Origin: Crassaminicella indica
Lineage (GTDB): Bacteria; Bacillota; Clostridia; Peptostreptococcales; Thermotaleaceae
Direction of reading: 5' to 3'
Assembly (NCBI RefSeq): GCF_019203185.1
Contig: NZ_CP078093.1
Span: 1,437,058-1,461,057, forward strand
DNA: 24,000 bases
The position numbers and the translations under genes are program-made. The stretch's first letter is position 1. Each line of letters starts with the position of its first letter. Shown here piece after piece: positions 1 through 8,449 of the stretch. Below the pieces are notes generated by a model. It worked only from the letters and a program-made list of their open reading frames with translations. It searched no databases and had not been told where the DNA came from.

Positions 1-160
1 ATTCCTGAAATAGTGCAAATTATGAGGGATAAAGGGAGTGTGTCCTCCCCGTTGAGAGTAAGGGTTGCCTGTTAAGGTGGAAACTTAAATATCAAACCTC
101 TCACGAAGCCACCGATTAATGTCTCGGTGGTAGTTCACGAGTTAAAGTAAAAAGTTCAAT
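1..160 (+). ncRNA. Probable right-end / omega-RNA module of an IS200/IS605-family TnpB element whose tnpB lies upstream of the window
   Basis: Positions 105-159 have the same architecture as 8538-8598, which lies just downstream of the TnpB remnant. The shared layout is GAAGCC, then a GC-rich stem-loop (ccaccga/tcggtgg, 109-130), then AGTTCAC (132-138), then an A-rich tail ending AAAAAGTTCAA. Confidence 0.4.
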
Positions 161-479
161 ACACTGAAAGATAAGCTGTCGCTTCACAAAGGCTTCGCCT
201 CCTTTAAAATTGAATTTGGTTTCAAGTTATGCAAATGTCTATAGTATAATATATTAATAGGTGATAAATTTGAAATATTATACTATAAAAGATAAATATA
301 AAAATATTAATAAATCACCTAAAATGAAAAAAATAATTAAAAGCTTACAAAGACAAGTATCAAGAAAATATGAAATTATAGGAAAAAGCTATGAAAAAAT
401 AATGGCTGTGAGGTAAGCTTTTATGTTGCATCCATTGGATATGGAGCGAGAGAATTAAAATAATAAGTGGGGTGATGCG

Positions 480-1466
480 ATGATTTTAGTATGTGGAGGA
501 GCAGGATATATTGGAAGTCATACTGTATATGAGCTTGTAGAACAAGGAGAAGAAGTTATTGTTGTTGATAATTTACAAACTGGGCATAAAGGTGCAGTAC
601 ATGAAAAATCAAAGCTTTATCAAGGAGATATTCGTGATAAAGAATTTTTAGATAAAGTGTTTAGTGAAAATAATATAGAAGACGTTATTCACTTTGCAGC
701 AAATTCTTTAGTTGGAGAGAGTATGGTCAATCCCTTAAAATATTATGACAATAATGTATATGGAACACAAGTATTATTGGAGGCTATGAATAAACACAAT
801 GTGAAAAGAATAGTATTTTCATCTACAGCTGCAACATATGGAGAACCTGAAAATATTCCTATTTTGGAGAATGATAAAACAGAACCCACTAATCCATATG
901 GAGAGACGAAGCTAGCTATGGAAAAAATGTTTAAATGGGCTGACTATGCATATGGAATCAAATACATTTCTTTAAGATATTTCAACGTAGCGGGAGCACA
1001 TACAAATGGTAAAATTGGAGAAGATCATAATCCAGAAACACATTTAATACCATTGATCCTTCAGGTACCTCTTGGTAAGCGGGAGCATATTTTCATATTT
1101 GGTGATGATTATGATACCCATGATGGAACATGTATTAGAGATTATATTCATGTAACTGATTTAGCAAATGCACATATTTTAGCAGTACAAAAGTTAAGAA
1201 ATAATGGAGAAAGCTCTATTTACAACTTAGGAAATGGAGAAGGCTTTACAGTAAAAGAAATGATAGAGGCTGCAAGGAAGGTGACTAATCATCCGATTCC
1301 AGCAGTAGTTAAAGATAGAAGAGCAGGAGATCCTGCAAAATTAGTAGCATCATCAAAAAAGGCAATGAAAGAGTTAGGATGGCAGCCCAAAATTTCAAAT
1401 ATAGAAGATATAATTGCTAGTGCGTGGAAATGGCATAAAAACAGCCCTAATGGATTTGAAGATTAA
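480..1466 (+). CDS. galE: UDP-glucose 4-epimerase
   Basis: 328 aa. N-terminal Rossmann motif GGAGYIGSH, an SSTAATYG segment and the YGxxK catalytic motif ([11 protein letters not shown]). Length is typical of GalE. An RBS GTGGGGTGA lies upstream. Confidence 0.93.
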   Translation: MILVCGGAGYIGSHTVYELVEQGEEVIVVDNLQTGHKGAVHEKSKLYQGDIRDKEFLDKVFSENNIEDVIHFAANSLVGESMVNPLKYYDNNVYGTQVLLEAMNKHNVKRIVFSSTAATYGEPENIPILENDKTEPTNPYGETKLAMEKMFKWADYAYGIKYISLRYFNVAGAHTNGKIGEDHNPETHLIPLILQVPLGKREHIFIFGDDYDTHDGTCIRDYIHVTDLANAHILAVQKLRNNGESSIYNLGNGEGFTVKEMIEAARKVTNHPIPAVVKDRRAGDPAKLVASSKKAMKELGWQPKISNIEDIIASAWKWHKNSPNGFED

Positions 1467-1593
1467 GGGGTGAGCAGATATACCTTGAAAATAAAAACCA
1501 AAGAAAATTAAAGGAATTTACCGAATATTTAATCAAAACCTTCATAAGAAGAATATAGAGCTAGAAATAACAAAATATTATAAAAATAAAGGC

Positions 1594-1622
1594 TTGAATG
1601 ATATTCGTATAAATGGTATATA
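1594..1622 (+). promoter_or_regulatory. Candidate sigma-A promoter of the hsp20 gene
   Basis: TTGAAT (1594-1599), a 17-nt spacer, then TATATA (1617-1622), which overlaps TATAAT at 1619-1624. Confidence 0.4.
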
Positions 1623-1630
1623 ATAATTAA

Positions 1631-1647
1631 GGTCAAAGAAAGTCAAA
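1631..1647 (+). promoter_or_regulatory. CtsR operator (class III heat-shock repressor box)
   Basis: GGTCAAA-GAA-AGTCAAA matches the CtsR direct-heptad consensus RGTCAAA-NAN-RGTCAAA exactly. It lies between the -10 box and the RBS of hsp20. Confidence 0.7.
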
Positions 1648-1665
1648 TATATGGAGGTGTTGCTT

Positions 1666-2118
1666 ATGTTTGGAATGATTCCTTTTAACAGAAGAAATCA
1701 GCTTCAAAGAAGAAGCAATGATTTGTTTGGCGTTGGAAGCTTTTTTGATGAGTTTTTTAACGATTCATGGTTTATGCCAATGAGTATGCAAAATAGTCAG
1801 ATGAAGGTAGACATAAAAGAAAATGAAAAAGAATATTTTTTAGAGGCAGAACTTCCAGGCGTGAATAAAGAAGACATTAATATTGATCTTAGAGATGATT
1901 ACCTTACAATTTCTGTAAAAAGCAATGAAGTGATTCATGAAGAAAGAGAAAATTATATTAGAAAAGAAAGAAGATACGGTTCAATGTCAAGAAGCTTTTA
2001 TGTAGATAATATTGAACATGAAGGAGTAGAAGCAAAATTTGAAAATGGTATTCTTACAATAAAATTACCTAAAAAAGAAATAAAAGAAGTAAAAAGTAGA
2101 AGAATAGATATTCAATAG
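1666..2118 (+). CDS. Hsp20/alpha-crystallin family small heat-shock protein
   Basis: The alpha-crystallin domain pattern is present (DIKENEKEYFLEAELPGVNKEDINIDL ... FENGILTIKLPK). I place the start at the ATG 6 nt after GGAGGTG, not at the track start of 1651. Confidence 0.9.
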   Translation: MFGMIPFNRRNQLQRRSNDLFGVGSFFDEFFNDSWFMPMSMQNSQMKVDIKENEKEYFLEAELPGVNKEDINIDLRDDYLTISVKSNEVIHEERENYIRKERRYGSMSRSFYVDNIEHEGVEAKFENGILTIKLPKKEIKEVKSRRIDIQ

Positions 2119-2125
2119 TAAAATG

Positions 2126-2172
2126 AGCTGTCTCAGAATAGAAGATATATTCTATACTGTGACAGCTTTTTT
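2126..2172. terminator. Bidirectional rho-independent terminator between hsp20 (+) and the DUF134 gene (-)
   Basis: Long hairpin agctgtctcag...ctgtgacagct with an inner atagaa/ttctat pairing, followed by TTTTT. Confidence 0.6.
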
Positions 2173-2566
2173 ATAAATCTTGAAGCCCTAAGCCTTGATG
2201 CATTTTATTTTTTCTTCCGTGTCTATTTCTATGACAGATGCAGGTTTCACATTCTCTTTTATCTTCAAATTCACTACAAAGCTTATAATTGCCACCTTCT
2301 ATTTTTAAAGCTTTTCCGTTTATCAAGCAATTTGCTAACTTTTTTCTTGCTTCTTCATAGATTCTTTGTAGAGTTGTTCGAGCAATTCCCATTAAATTTG
2401 CACTTTCTTCTTGAGTGAGTCCTTCTAAATCCATTAGCCTGATAGCTTCATATTCTTCTACAGTCATATAAATATATTCTTTTATATTATTAAAATCATC
2501 GATAGGTCCAAAAGTATTAACCTTTGGTAAAAAGCATACTCTTCTCCATTTCCTTGGTCTTGCCAT
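2171..2566 (-). CDS. DUF134 (UPF0251) family predicted DNA-binding protein with a Cys-rich C-terminal tail
   Basis: The N-terminus MARPRKWRRVCFLP is characteristic of DUF134. A sigma-70 region-4-like HTH is present (GLTQEESANLMGIARTTLQRIY). The C-terminus has a C-x10-C-x2-C-x-C-H pattern. Confidence 0.85.
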   Translation of the reverse strand: MARPRKWRRVCFLPKVNTFGPIDDFNNIKEYIYMTVEEYEAIRLMDLEGLTQEESANLMGIARTTLQRIYEEARKKLANCLINGKALKIEGGNYKLCSEFEDKRECETCICHRNRHGRKNKMHQGLGLQDL

Positions 2567-2771
2567 AATTTTTTCCCTCCTAATAGTATATTTGAGTTTG
2601 ATATATATTATATCATATATAGCTTTAGTTTTTTACAAGCATATGATCTCAACTTAATTTTTGAAAGCTTTCGCATCGAAAAAGATGGAAATTTGTCAAA
2701 TGCACAATAAAATTGGTGATTTGGTCAATATATTTTTATTAAAAATTTATATATAATGAACTCAAGTTGAT

Positions 2772-2785
2772 AGAAAACGTTATCA
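2772..2785 (+). promoter_or_regulatory. Candidate catabolite-responsive element (cre, CcpA site) upstream of the GntP/glycerate kinase operon
   Basis: AGAAAACGTTATCA matches the cre consensus TGWAANCGNTNWCA at 13 of 14 positions. It lies ~60 nt upstream of the permease start. Confidence 0.35.
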
Positions 2786-2842
2786 CCATTTCAAAAAAAA
2801 TAGGAAAGCTTTTCAAAAATAAAAGAGAGAGAGGCGAAGAAA

Positions 2843-4096
2843 ATGCAAGTAAGTGCTTTAGGAGCAGTTGTTGGATTAGTAGTCGCAATTATTTTGATTT
2901 TAAGGAAAGTACATCCAGCTTATGGACTGATTACAGGAGCTATTGTAGGTGGATTAGTAGGTGGTGCAGGACTTGGAGAAACAGTTACATTGATGATTGG
3001 AGGAGCTAAAAATATTATGCCTGCAGTTTTAAGGATTTTAACAGCAGGAATATTAGCAGGGGTATTAATAGAATCTGGTGGAGCATCAAAAATGGCAGAG
3101 ACTATTATAGAAAAAATAGGAGAATCAAAGGCCTTAGCTGCATTGATGATTGCTACTTGTGTATTAACAGCAGTAGGGGTATTCGTTGATGTGGCAGTTA
3201 TTACTGTATCACCAATTGCTTTAGCAATTGCACAAAGAACAAACATTTCAAAATCAGCTGTTTTATTAGCTATGATTGGTGGAGGAAAAGCAGGAAATAT
3301 TATGTCGCCAAATCCAAATACAATTGCAGCAGCAGAAACTTTCAAATTAGATTTATCCAGTGTTATGGCAGCAGGAATTGTACCAGCGATTTTTGGCTTG
3401 ATAATTACATATTTTTTAGCAAAATCTTTAATAAATAAAGGGAATACTGTAAAGGATGAAGAATTAACTGAAATATTTGAAGAAAAACCAAGTTTCTTCG
3501 CAGCAATTATAGGACCATTAGTAACAATTGGATTATTGTCATTAAGACCAATTGCAGGAATTAAAGTAGATCCATTGATTGCATTGCCTTTAGGTGGATT
3601 GATAGGATGTTTAGCAATGGGGAAGATAAAAAATATCAATACTTATGCAGTGGCAGGACTAACTAAAATGAGTGGAGTTGCCATTTTATTGATCGGAACA
3701 GGTACTATAGCAGGAATTATCGCTAATTCTGCATTAAAAGATGTAATTATTGATGGGTTAAGTAGTTTTGGACTTCCAGCTTTTGTGTTAGCACCGATTT
3801 CAGGTATACTAATGTCTGCTGCAACTGCTTCAACTACTTCAGGAACAGCAGTAGCAAGCTCTGTATTTGGCACAACTATTTTGGCATTAGGAATAAAACC
3901 ATTAGCGGGAGCAGCAATGATTCATGCTGGTGCCACTGTATTAGACCATTTACCACATGGAAGTTTTTTTCATGCAACAGGAGGAAGTGTATATTTAGAT
4001 ATTAAGAATAGATTAAAAGTTGTTCCGTATGAATCTTTAGTAGGTTTAACGATGACAATTATTTCAAGTGTTATTTATGGGGCGATTTTAGCTTAA
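2843..4096 (+). CDS. GntP-family anion:H+ symporter, probably a glycerate or sugar-acid permease
   Basis: 417 aa, polytopic and Gly/Ala/Ile-rich with GntP-like segments. The substrate guess comes from the glycerate kinase and CdaR regulator immediately downstream. Confidence 0.85.
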   Translation: MQVSALGAVVGLVVAIILILRKVHPAYGLITGAIVGGLVGGAGLGETVTLMIGGAKNIMPAVLRILTAGILAGVLIESGGASKMAETIIEKIGESKALAALMIATCVLTAVGVFVDVAVITVSPIALAIAQRTNISKSAVLLAMIGGGKAGNIMSPNPNTIAAAETFKLDLSSVMAAGIVPAIFGLIITYFLAKSLINKGNTVKDEELTEIFEEKPSFFAAIIGPLVTIGLLSLRPIAGIKVDPLIALPLGGLIGCLAMGKIKNINTYAVAGLTKMSGVAILLIGTGTIAGIIANSALKDVIIDGLSSFGLPAFVLAPISGILMSAATASTTSGTAVASSVFGTTILALGIKPLAGAAMIHAGATVLDHLPHGSFFHATGGSVYLDIKNRLKVVPYESLVGLTMTIISSVIYGAILA

Positions 4097-4139
4097 TATT
4101 AATTGAGTAAATATAAATGGGAAGAGGTTAGTGTAGAAA

Positions 4140-5297
4140 ATGAAAAAGGATATGACAATTGTTTTAGCTCCAGATTCTTTTAAAGAAAGTATGACTGCAA
4201 AGGAAGTCTGTGAGGCAATGGAAAGAGGCATAAAGAAAGTTGATGCAAATATTAAATGTATTAAGGTACCAATGGCTGATGGAGGAGAAGGTACTATGCA
4301 GTCGTTGGTAGATGCAACAGATGGAAAAGTATATAAAGTAAAAGTTCAAGGACCTTTAGGGAGAGAAGTAGAAGCTGAATATGGAATTTTAGGAAATGGA
4401 GAAATAGCTGCTATAGAAATGGCAAGTGCTAGTGGCATTCAATTAGTATCAGCGAAAGAAAGAAATCCAATGAAAGCTTCTACCTTTGGAACAGGACAGT
4501 TGATAAAAGCTTGTTTAGATCATCCAATAAAAAAATTGCTAATTGGAATAGGAGGCAGTGCAACCAATGATGGTGGTGCTGGGATGATACAAGCTTTAGG
4601 AGGAAAATTACTAGACAAAGACGGAATAGAACTTCCTTTAGGTGGAGGTGAGCTAGGAAGACTAGCAAAAATTGACTTAAGTAATTTAGATACTAGATTA
4701 AGAGATATAGAAATAGAAGTAGCGTGTGATGTAAACAATCCTTTAGTAGGACCGAAGGGAGCTTCTTATGTGTTTGGACCACAAAAAGGAGCAACAGAAG
4801 AAATGGTAAAAATATTAGATGAAAATCTTGAACATTACGGAAAAAAAATAAAAGAATTTTTAGGGAAAGATATTATGAATGTACCTGGAGCAGGAGCAGC
4901 AGGTGGATTAGGTGCAGGGCTTATGGCTTTCTTAAATGGAACATTAGTAAACGGTATTCAAATGGTAGTGAAATATACTAAGCTAGAAGAAAAAATAAAA
5001 AATGCAGATATTGTTTGGACAGGTGAAGGAAGTATAGATCATCAAACAATATATGGAAAAACTCCACTTGGTGTAGCACAAGTTGCAAAAAAATATAATA
5101 TTCCAGTAATTGCTTTAGCTGGAAAAGTAGGGCATGGAGTAGAAGTGTTATATGAAAATGGTATAGATGCAATTTTTAGCATTATGCAGGGTGTAAGCTC
5201 TTTAGAAGAAGCTTTAGTTGATGGAAAAAAGAATACAGAAAAGGTAAGTGAAAATATAATTCGAATGATCAATATGATACAAAAGAAAATAAAATAG
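4140..5297 (+). CDS. glxK: Glycerate kinase (class I, GlxK/GarK family)
   Basis: The family N-terminus IVLAPDSFKESMTAKEV is present, together with PMADGGEGT, IGIGGSATNDGGAGM and GAGAAGGLGAG motifs. ATG 4152 (MTIV...) is an alternative start. Confidence 0.9.
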   Translation: MKKDMTIVLAPDSFKESMTAKEVCEAMERGIKKVDANIKCIKVPMADGGEGTMQSLVDATDGKVYKVKVQGPLGREVEAEYGILGNGEIAAIEMASASGIQLVSAKERNPMKASTFGTGQLIKACLDHPIKKLLIGIGGSATNDGGAGMIQALGGKLLDKDGIELPLGGGELGRLAKIDLSNLDTRLRDIEIEVACDVNNPLVGPKGASYVFGPQKGATEEMVKILDENLEHYGKKIKEFLGKDIMNVPGAGAAGGLGAGLMAFLNGTLVNGIQMVVKYTKLEEKIKNADIVWTGEGSIDHQTIYGKTPLGVAQVAKKYNIPVIALAGKVGHGVEVLYENGIDAIFSIMQGVSSLEEALVDGKKNTEKVSENIIRMINMIQKKIK

Positions 5298-5337
5298 TAA
5301 AAATATGTAGTTTTATTATGTAAATAATGTTACTATC

Positions 5338-5378
5338 ATTATGATTCGCTAATAAATATTGGTGAATCATAATTTTTA
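5338..5378 (+). terminator. Rho-independent terminator after glycerate kinase
   Basis: A 12-bp stem attatgattcgc / gtgaatcataat (11 of 12 paired) with a 12-nt loop, followed by TTTTT. Confidence 0.5.
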
Positions 5379-5409
5379 TATTTTTGACTTTTACATAGGG
5401 AGGATATGA

Positions 5410-6450
5410 ATGAAGTTATCTAAAAATCTAGCTCAAAAAATAGTTAAAGAAATGATGAAGGTTATTCCTTATAATGTAAATGTTATGAATGAAAAAGGTA
5501 TGATTATTGGAAGTGGCGATCGAAATAGAATTGGAAAGATACATGAAGGAGCGGTGAAAGCTATTGAAAAAAAGCAGATGATTGAAGTTCATAAACTTGG
5601 AAAGGGTGCTAAGCTCGGGGTGAACGAACCTATTTTGATTAATGGAGAAGTTGTTGGAGTTGTTGGTCTTACAGGAGATCCCGAAGAAGTTCGTCCTTTT
5701 AGTAAATTGGTTCGTGTTACAGCTGCTTTATTAATTGAACAGGCGAAAAGATTAAAACAAGATCAAGAAAAAGAAAAACAAATGGAAGAATTTCTTTATG
5801 AATTAGCCTATAGAAAAAAAGAATATGATAAAGAATTTTATTCATTATCTAGCAATTATGGTGTAAATCTTGATAATAATTATCAAGGGATTATATTGAT
5901 TGGAGAAAATATGGAAAATTTTGAGAAAACATTAAAAAAGTTACTTCCTATGTCTACCCATTTTTTACGATTAGATGCTCAGCGGGTGGTATTATTTTTA
6001 GAAGAGAATAAAAAAAATCATATGCTAATTCAACTGCTTGAAGATCAAGAGGAAATAAAAAAAATGGGAGTAGGTGATTTTTCTAAGCCTTTTTCTAATT
6101 CTTTAGAAAAAGCAGGGCTTGCTATTGAGATAGGGAAAAAAATAATGCCGAGTAAAAAAGTATATACATATAAAGAATTGGAATTTTTTATTGGTCTAAC
6201 ACATGAAAATAAAAATAAAAGAATTCATTTGATTAAAAGCTTAGAAAGAGCAGGAGAAAAGCTAGAACTAATAAAAACACTTCAAACATATATTGAAGCA
6301 AATGGAGAAATGAACGAAACAGCAAAACATTTGAATATACATAGAAATACTTTAAATTATCGTTTGGAAAAAATATATGAGTTAACAGAAAAGCATCCTA
6401 AAAATTTATTAGACTTAGTAGAGTTGCTTTCAGGGATTGTATGGAATTAG
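5410..6450 (+). CDS. CdaR/PucR-family sugar diacid regulator
   Basis: The N-terminal sugar-diacid recognition domain is present (AQKIVKEMMKVIPYNVNVMNEKGMIIGSGDRNRIGKIHEGA). The C-terminus carries a PucR-type HTH (ETAKHLNIHRNTLNYRLEKI). RBS GGGAGGA lies 5 nt upstream. Confidence 0.9.
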   Translation: MKLSKNLAQKIVKEMMKVIPYNVNVMNEKGMIIGSGDRNRIGKIHEGAVKAIEKKQMIEVHKLGKGAKLGVNEPILINGEVVGVVGLTGDPEEVRPFSKLVRVTAALLIEQAKRLKQDQEKEKQMEEFLYELAYRKKEYDKEFYSLSSNYGVNLDNNYQGIILIGENMENFEKTLKKLLPMSTHFLRLDAQRVVLFLEENKKNHMLIQLLEDQEEIKKMGVGDFSKPFSNSLEKAGLAIEIGKKIMPSKKVYTYKELEFFIGLTHENKNKRIHLIKSLERAGEKLELIKTLQTYIEANGEMNETAKHLNIHRNTLNYRLEKIYELTEKHPKNLLDLVELLSGIVWN

Positions 6451-6585
6451 TGCATATTTTTTCATCTATAAGAAAAGAAGGGAGCGTTTGATGGTCTAAT
6501 AAATATAGATATAGATTTAGCTATGGAGGTTTTAACTTTTTGAGCAATCATATTGATTTATCTAATTCTATGTGTTTTAATTGTT

Positions 6586-6798
6586 AAATATATAGGGATC
6601 CAACTCAAGAAATTAAAAAAGAGTTAAAAATATAATTCATCAAACAGTAGCTAGGTGTTCAGAATCAGAAGATGAATTATTTAATGATTTTTCATCAGTT
6701 TACCAAAAACTCAATTCTCTTAAAGACAAAATAAAGTCTATTGTATATGCAAAAAGCTTTTATAAATAATTAAACTTTGAAGTTGGATCCCTATAGAT
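6586..6798. repeat. ~210-bp segment bounded by ~25-bp imperfect terminal inverted repeats (MITE-like or invertible-segment-like)
   Basis: tatagggatccaact (6591-6605) is the exact reverse complement of agttggatccctata (6781-6795). The similarity continues for ~10 more nt at the interior end of each repeat. The interior holds a start-less 48-codon open frame (6623-6769). Confidence 0.55.
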
Positions 6799-6825
6799 AA
6801 ACAACATCAACATTAAAAAAGAAAT

Positions 6826-7003
6826 ATATAAAGATAAGTGAATGACTTCGATAACTTTTGTAAAAAAACTTACTGAAATTTCATAAAAAATACGTTAAGA
6901 ACCTTCATTGTTTGAACGAAGTGAGTTTTGAAGGTTTAGTATTTTTTCATGGAATGAAGTTTTGTTTTTTCAAAAGTTATCTGGAATGAACTATCTTTTA
7001 TAT
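6826..7003. repeat. ~178-bp long imperfect palindrome (extended hairpin)
   Basis: gataacttttg (6850-6860) pairs with caaaagttatc (6971-6981). aaagata (6830-6836) pairs with tatcttt (6992-6998). accttca (6901-6907) pairs with tgaaggt (6929-6935) around a 21-nt loop. The middle of the arms is gapped. Confidence 0.6.
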
Positions 7004-7071
7004 TTCATTTTGAAGTTGTTTACCTATATATATAAGAATTTTAAAATTATAAGAAGTTAGGAGATGGTTTT

Positions 7072-7914
7072 GTGAAAAAATATTTAAAAATGGTAGGAAA
7101 TATATTTATGTATTCAATTATATATTTTGTACTTCAAATTGCAGCAATATTTGCTGGTAGTATTTTTTATGCAATAAAGTATGCTGGTAAGGTTCCAAAT
7201 GAAGAATTGGTAGGCAAAATTCAAGAAGGTATTACACAAAATACATTTATTTTTGTAGCCACAGCTGCAATTGTTACGTTAGTGATTTATATGCTAATAC
7301 TAAGAAACAAAGAGGAAAACTTATGGCAAAGGTGTAAATTTGAAAAGCTTTCTGTAAAACAGTATATATGGATTGTGCTTGGGCTTATCAGTTTATCCTT
7401 TGTTAGTAGTAATGTAGTTATGTCTACACAACATTTATTTAAAAGCTACGAACAGGTTTCAAAAAGTATAGCAGCAGGAAGTGCATCATTTTTAGGGGCA
7501 ATTTGTGTATTGATTTTATTGCCTATTTTTGAAGAAGTTTTGTTTAGAGGACTTATTTTTAATGAATTAAGAAAACATATCAATATTATTATTAGCGTTG
7601 CTTTGCAGGCTCTTATATTTGGTCTTTTTCATGGGAATATGTTACAAGGCATTTATACTTTCTTTTTAGGTATAATTTTAGCCATTATTTATGTTTGGAG
7701 TAAATCTATATGGGCGCCTATTGTAGGTCATATTGTCTATAATATTATGGGGATTATTGTATTCCCAAGAATACTTAATTATAGTATAAAATTTGCGACT
7801 ATACTTATTATTCCAGGTGTTATAGCTTCAGTAGGTTTTATGATTCCTTTATATTTGCAATACAAAAGATCTTATGAGGAATTATCTAATGTAGATGCAT
7901 CTATTCAATCATAA
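7072..7914 (+). CDS. CPBP-family intramembrane glutamic endopeptidase (CAAX protease / Abi, PF02517-like)
   Basis: 280 aa and multi-TM. It has the three CPBP motifs EEVLFRG, FGLFHG and HIVYN. GTG start lies 7 nt after AGGAGA. Confidence 0.88.
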   Translation: MKKYLKMVGNIFMYSIIYFVLQIAAIFAGSIFYAIKYAGKVPNEELVGKIQEGITQNTFIFVATAAIVTLVIYMLILRNKEENLWQRCKFEKLSVKQYIWIVLGLISLSFVSSNVVMSTQHLFKSYEQVSKSIAAGSASFLGAICVLILLPIFEEVLFRGLIFNELRKHINIIISVALQALIFGLFHGNMLQGIYTFFLGIILAIIYVWSKSIWAPIVGHIVYNIMGIIVFPRILNYSIKFATILIIPGVIASVGFMIPLYLQYKRSYEELSNVDASIQS

Positions 7915-7932
7915 TATTTAGTGCCTATCATA

Positions 7933-7999
7933 TTAAATAATGTTCAAAAATTTATGGAAGATGTTAATAAAAATGGGATAGAACTTAAATAAATGAATA
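7933..7999 (+). pseudogene. 3'-terminal remnant of a paralogue of the bPH-domain gene at 10629-10973
   Basis: A 67-nt stretch matches 10914-10980 with about 5 mismatches. It reads in frame as NVQKFMEDVNKNGIELK*, against NIQKFIEDVKKNGIELK* in the intact gene. No upstream part of the gene is present. Confidence 0.6.
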
Positions 8000-8041
8000 T
8001 TGTATCGAGTATTTATATTATTAACTAAAAATAAAATCTAA

Positions 8042-8449
8042 CAAAGAATAAAGGTTGCTAAATTACATGAAAAAGTAACGAATCAAAGATTGGATTTTAT
8101 TCATAAATTATCTAAAAGAATTATAAGCGAAAACCAAGTTGTAGTTCTTGAGGATTTAGCGGTCAAAAATATGATGAAAAATGATAAATTAGCACAAAGT
8201 ATTTCAGATGTAAGTTGGTATAAATTTGTTACTATACTTGTATATAAAGCAAAGTGGTATGGAAGAAAACTTCATAAAATAGATAGATGGTATCCATCAT
8301 CAAAAACTTGTAGTGAATGTGGGTATGTTATGGAAGATATGCCATTACAAATAAGAGAATGGAAATGTCCTAAATGCGACAGTATTCATGATAGAGATAT
8401 AAATGCAAGCAAAAATATTCTAAAACAAGGATTAGTAGATATAGCATAA
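8042..8449 (+). pseudogene. tnpB: 5'-truncated TnpB (IS200/IS605-family OrfB, RNA-guided nuclease), C-terminal ~135 codons only
   Basis: The open frame from 8042 reads QRIKVAKLHEKVTNQRLDFIHKLSKRI...VVVLEDL (RuvC-II Glu), then CSECG...CPKCDSIHDRDINASKNI (CxxC/CxxC zinc finger and RuvC-III Asp). The WED/REC and RuvC-I parts are absent, and there is no ATG or RBS. Confidence 0.85.

Noticed and set aside
324-416. 30-codon basic ORF (MKKIIKSLQRQVSRKYEIIGKSYEKIMAVR) downstream of nested inverted repeats (240-252/275-287 and 258-265/314-321)
   Set aside because: It has no Shine-Dalgarno sequence and only AT-rich lysine-codon bias. The inverted repeats are real, but they may simply be AT-rich promoter/operator or IS-flank sequence upstream of galE.
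1467-1665. CIRCE/HrcA element upstream of hsp20
   Set aside because: No TTAGCACTC-N9-GAGTGCTAA-like inverted repeat is present. A CtsR box is present instead.
2920-3639. 239-aa minus-strand ORF inside the GntP permease gene (also 3643-3873 minus and 2767-3009 plus)
   Set aside because: These are shadow frames of a Gly/Ala/Ile-rich membrane gene. Their composition is low-complexity and Pro/Ile/Asn-rich, they have no RBS, and they lie fully inside a well-supported CDS.
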